A stretch of DNA of 64,000 nucleotides from Amoebophrya sp. A120 (lineage: Eukaryota; Protista; Dinoflagellata). Where the stretch lies: assembly GCA_905178155.1 (NCBI GenBank), contig CAJINV010000002.1, positions 10,761,465 to 10,825,464 on the forward strand. Reading direction: 5' to 3'. Below are positions 62,071-64,000 of the stretch, piece after piece. Numbering within the stretch: the stretch's first letter is position 1; the number at the start of each line of letters is the position of its first letter. The position numbers and the translations under genes are program-made. The notes beneath the pieces were generated by a model that saw only the letters and a program-made list of their open reading frames with translations, did not search any database and was not told where the DNA came from.

Positions 62071-63039
62071 CAAACCAAGCAGATAAAGACTCTGAGCCAA
62101 GAAGAAGTGATGCTCTTGCGTTGCGGTGCATTTTGATTTGTTGAGCGGCCGCTTCTTCCTCTTTGCCCTCCTTGAAAACGAAAGTTTCGGAATAGCAGAA
62201 GATACAGATAGTCCGCTTGCGGAACAGATTTTAGGAATAGAGACAGACCACACAAGAATGACCGACATGGAGGTGGACTCGCCCCCACCCACCGCCGCCG
62301 AGCTTGCGGAGGCCGAAAAGTTGAGTTCGCTCCCAAAGCCGGCGCTGACAGAGAGAACGAAAAAAAAGGAACGGACTTTGCTGCCACAAGAGGCCTCTGT
62401 TTGCACCTCGGAAACAGTAGGCACGGAGGAGAAAGGTATGATAGAGTGTAGCACGGTCGTGCTCCTGCGCTTTGTTTCTCTGGACACCAGTGACGACACG
62501 TTACAGCTTGGGCACCTGTTAAATAAGCGGCCGCGTAAGCTCTTTGTAATTGGTGCGTATTTCGCGTCTCGGATAATTTCACGAACAGTGCAGTGCACAC
62601 CCTGAAACTTTCCCCAGGGTCGCAATATTTGGCAGCTTTCGCGCCCGCCGGTCGCAAGAACAAAAGCGGGCCAGCGATCCATCGTGGGTTGGCGCAGCTT
62701 TTGTGGCAGCGCCTTTCCCGCGGATCAGACGGGCGCGCGAACGCGATTGCGTGGGCGACGCCTCTGGCACTCCGGGCCGGGTTGGGGAGGAGGTAGGAGG
62801 ACGGCGGGCAAAGCCGCTCCGAGAACGCGTTCTCGAGCCGATTTGGCCGGGGGGCGCAGGCGTTCTCGAGCCGGTTTGGTCGCTCGCGGATGGGCCAGAG
62901 GTCGGAGCGGCCGAAGTCGGCCCGGAGTGGCGGTTTGGTCGGGAAGCGATGCTGGGGCCCGGCACGCCGGGCCGGGTTGGGGACGAGGCGGGAGGGCGGC
63001 GGGGCAGGTCGGATGGGCGACTGGCTCTGGCACTTCGGG

Positions 63040-64000
63040 CCGGGTTGGAGAGGGCGACCAAATCGGCGTGAGGTCGCGTTCTCGAGCCGGTTTGGTGGGG
63101 CTGCTGACCAAATCGCCTCGAGATCGCGGTCTCGCGCCGATTTGGTCGCCCGATGGTGGACGCCCCAGGACGGGTTGGGGAGGGCGACCAAATCGGCGCG
63201 AGACCGCGACTTGGTGAGGCCGCTGACCAAATCGTCTCGAGATCGCGGTCTCGCGCCGATTTGGTCCACCTTTGGTGAGGCTGCTGACCAAATCGGCCCG
63301 AGATCGCGGTCTCGAGCCGATTTGGTCGGCCGCGGTTGGACGGGTTGGAGAGGCCGATGGCCAAATCGTCCCGAGATCGCGGTCTCGAGCCGATTTGGTC
63401 GGCCGCGGATGGACGGGTTGGAGAGGCCGATGACCAAACCGTCCCGAGATCGCGGTCTCGAGCCGATTTGGTCGGCCGCGGGTGGACGGGTTGGAGAGGC
63501 CGATGGCCAAATCGCCCCGAGATCGCGATCTCGAGCCGATTTGGTCGGCCGCGGTTGGACGGGTTGGAGAGGCCGATGGCCAAATCGTCCCGAGATCGCG
63601 GTCTCGAGCCGATTTGGTCGGCCGCGGATGGACGGGTTGGAGAGGCCGATGACCAAACCGTCCCGAGATCGCGGTCTCGAGCCGATTTGGTCGGCCGCGG
63701 GTGGACGGGAGGGTTGGAGAGGCCGATGACCAAATCGTCCCGAGATCGCGACCTCGAGCCGATTTGGTCGGCCGCGGTTGGACGGGTTCGAGAGGCCAAT
63801 GGCCAAATCGTCCCGAGATCGCGATCTCGAGCCGATTTGGTCGGCCGCGGGTGGACGGGTTGGAGAGGCCGATGGCCAAAGCGTCCCGAGATCGCGGTCT
63901 CGAGCCGATTTGGCCGGCCGCGGGTGGACGGTTTGGAGAGGCCGATGACCAAATCGTCCCGAGATCGCGATCTCGAGCCGATTTGGTCGGCCGCGGGGGG
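63040..64000. repeat. GC-rich palindromic satellite, 73-bp unit (degenerate from ~62770; runs off the window)
   Basis: Unit CCAAATCGTCCCGAGATCGCGGTCTCGAGCCGATTTGGTCGGCCGCGGTTGGACGGGTTGGAGAGGCCGATGG; period seen at 63288 and 63361. Confidence 0.96.

Noticed and set aside
62067-63952. Long repetitive ORFs at the window end
   Set aside because: Translations of the 73-bp palindromic satellite.

Overview
This is eukaryotic nuclear DNA, not bacterial. It has short GT-AG introns, a U6 snRNA, host genes all on the + strand, and non-canonical introns formed by TIR/TSD elements. That combination fits a syndinian dinoflagellate such as Amoebophrya, which is an inference, not a database match. From left to right: (1) the 5' half of a Ty1/copia LTR retrotransposon on the - strand, whose gag-PR-IN ORF runs off the window and is missing from the ORF track; (2) a composite repeat block; (3) host genes for mitochondrial-type ribosomal protein L14, a GNAT-domain protein and a large single-pass low-complexity protein; (4) a complete ~14.6 kb tyrosine-recombinase retrotransposon with split direct repeats (A1...B1-A2-B2); (5) further host genes, one interrupted by a TIR introner, one MepB-like, one MATH-domain, and a catalytically degenerate metacaspase; (6) two GC-rich satellites with 83-bp and 73-bp units. 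Three things stand out. The YR retrotransposon carries at least 7 predicted GT-AG introns, extra ORFs, an introner inside its RT, and a loxP-like recombination site at the B1/A2 junction. The TAT...ATA introners have 5-bp TSDs, and their removal restores the reading frame exactly. One introner copy carries ~1.95 kb of cargo that starts at the 5' end of a U6 snRNA, which is itself interrupted by a structured 130-nt insert at its catalytic core and followed by tandem hairpins and a spliced-leader-like relic. All splice models are manual predictions from frame restoration.
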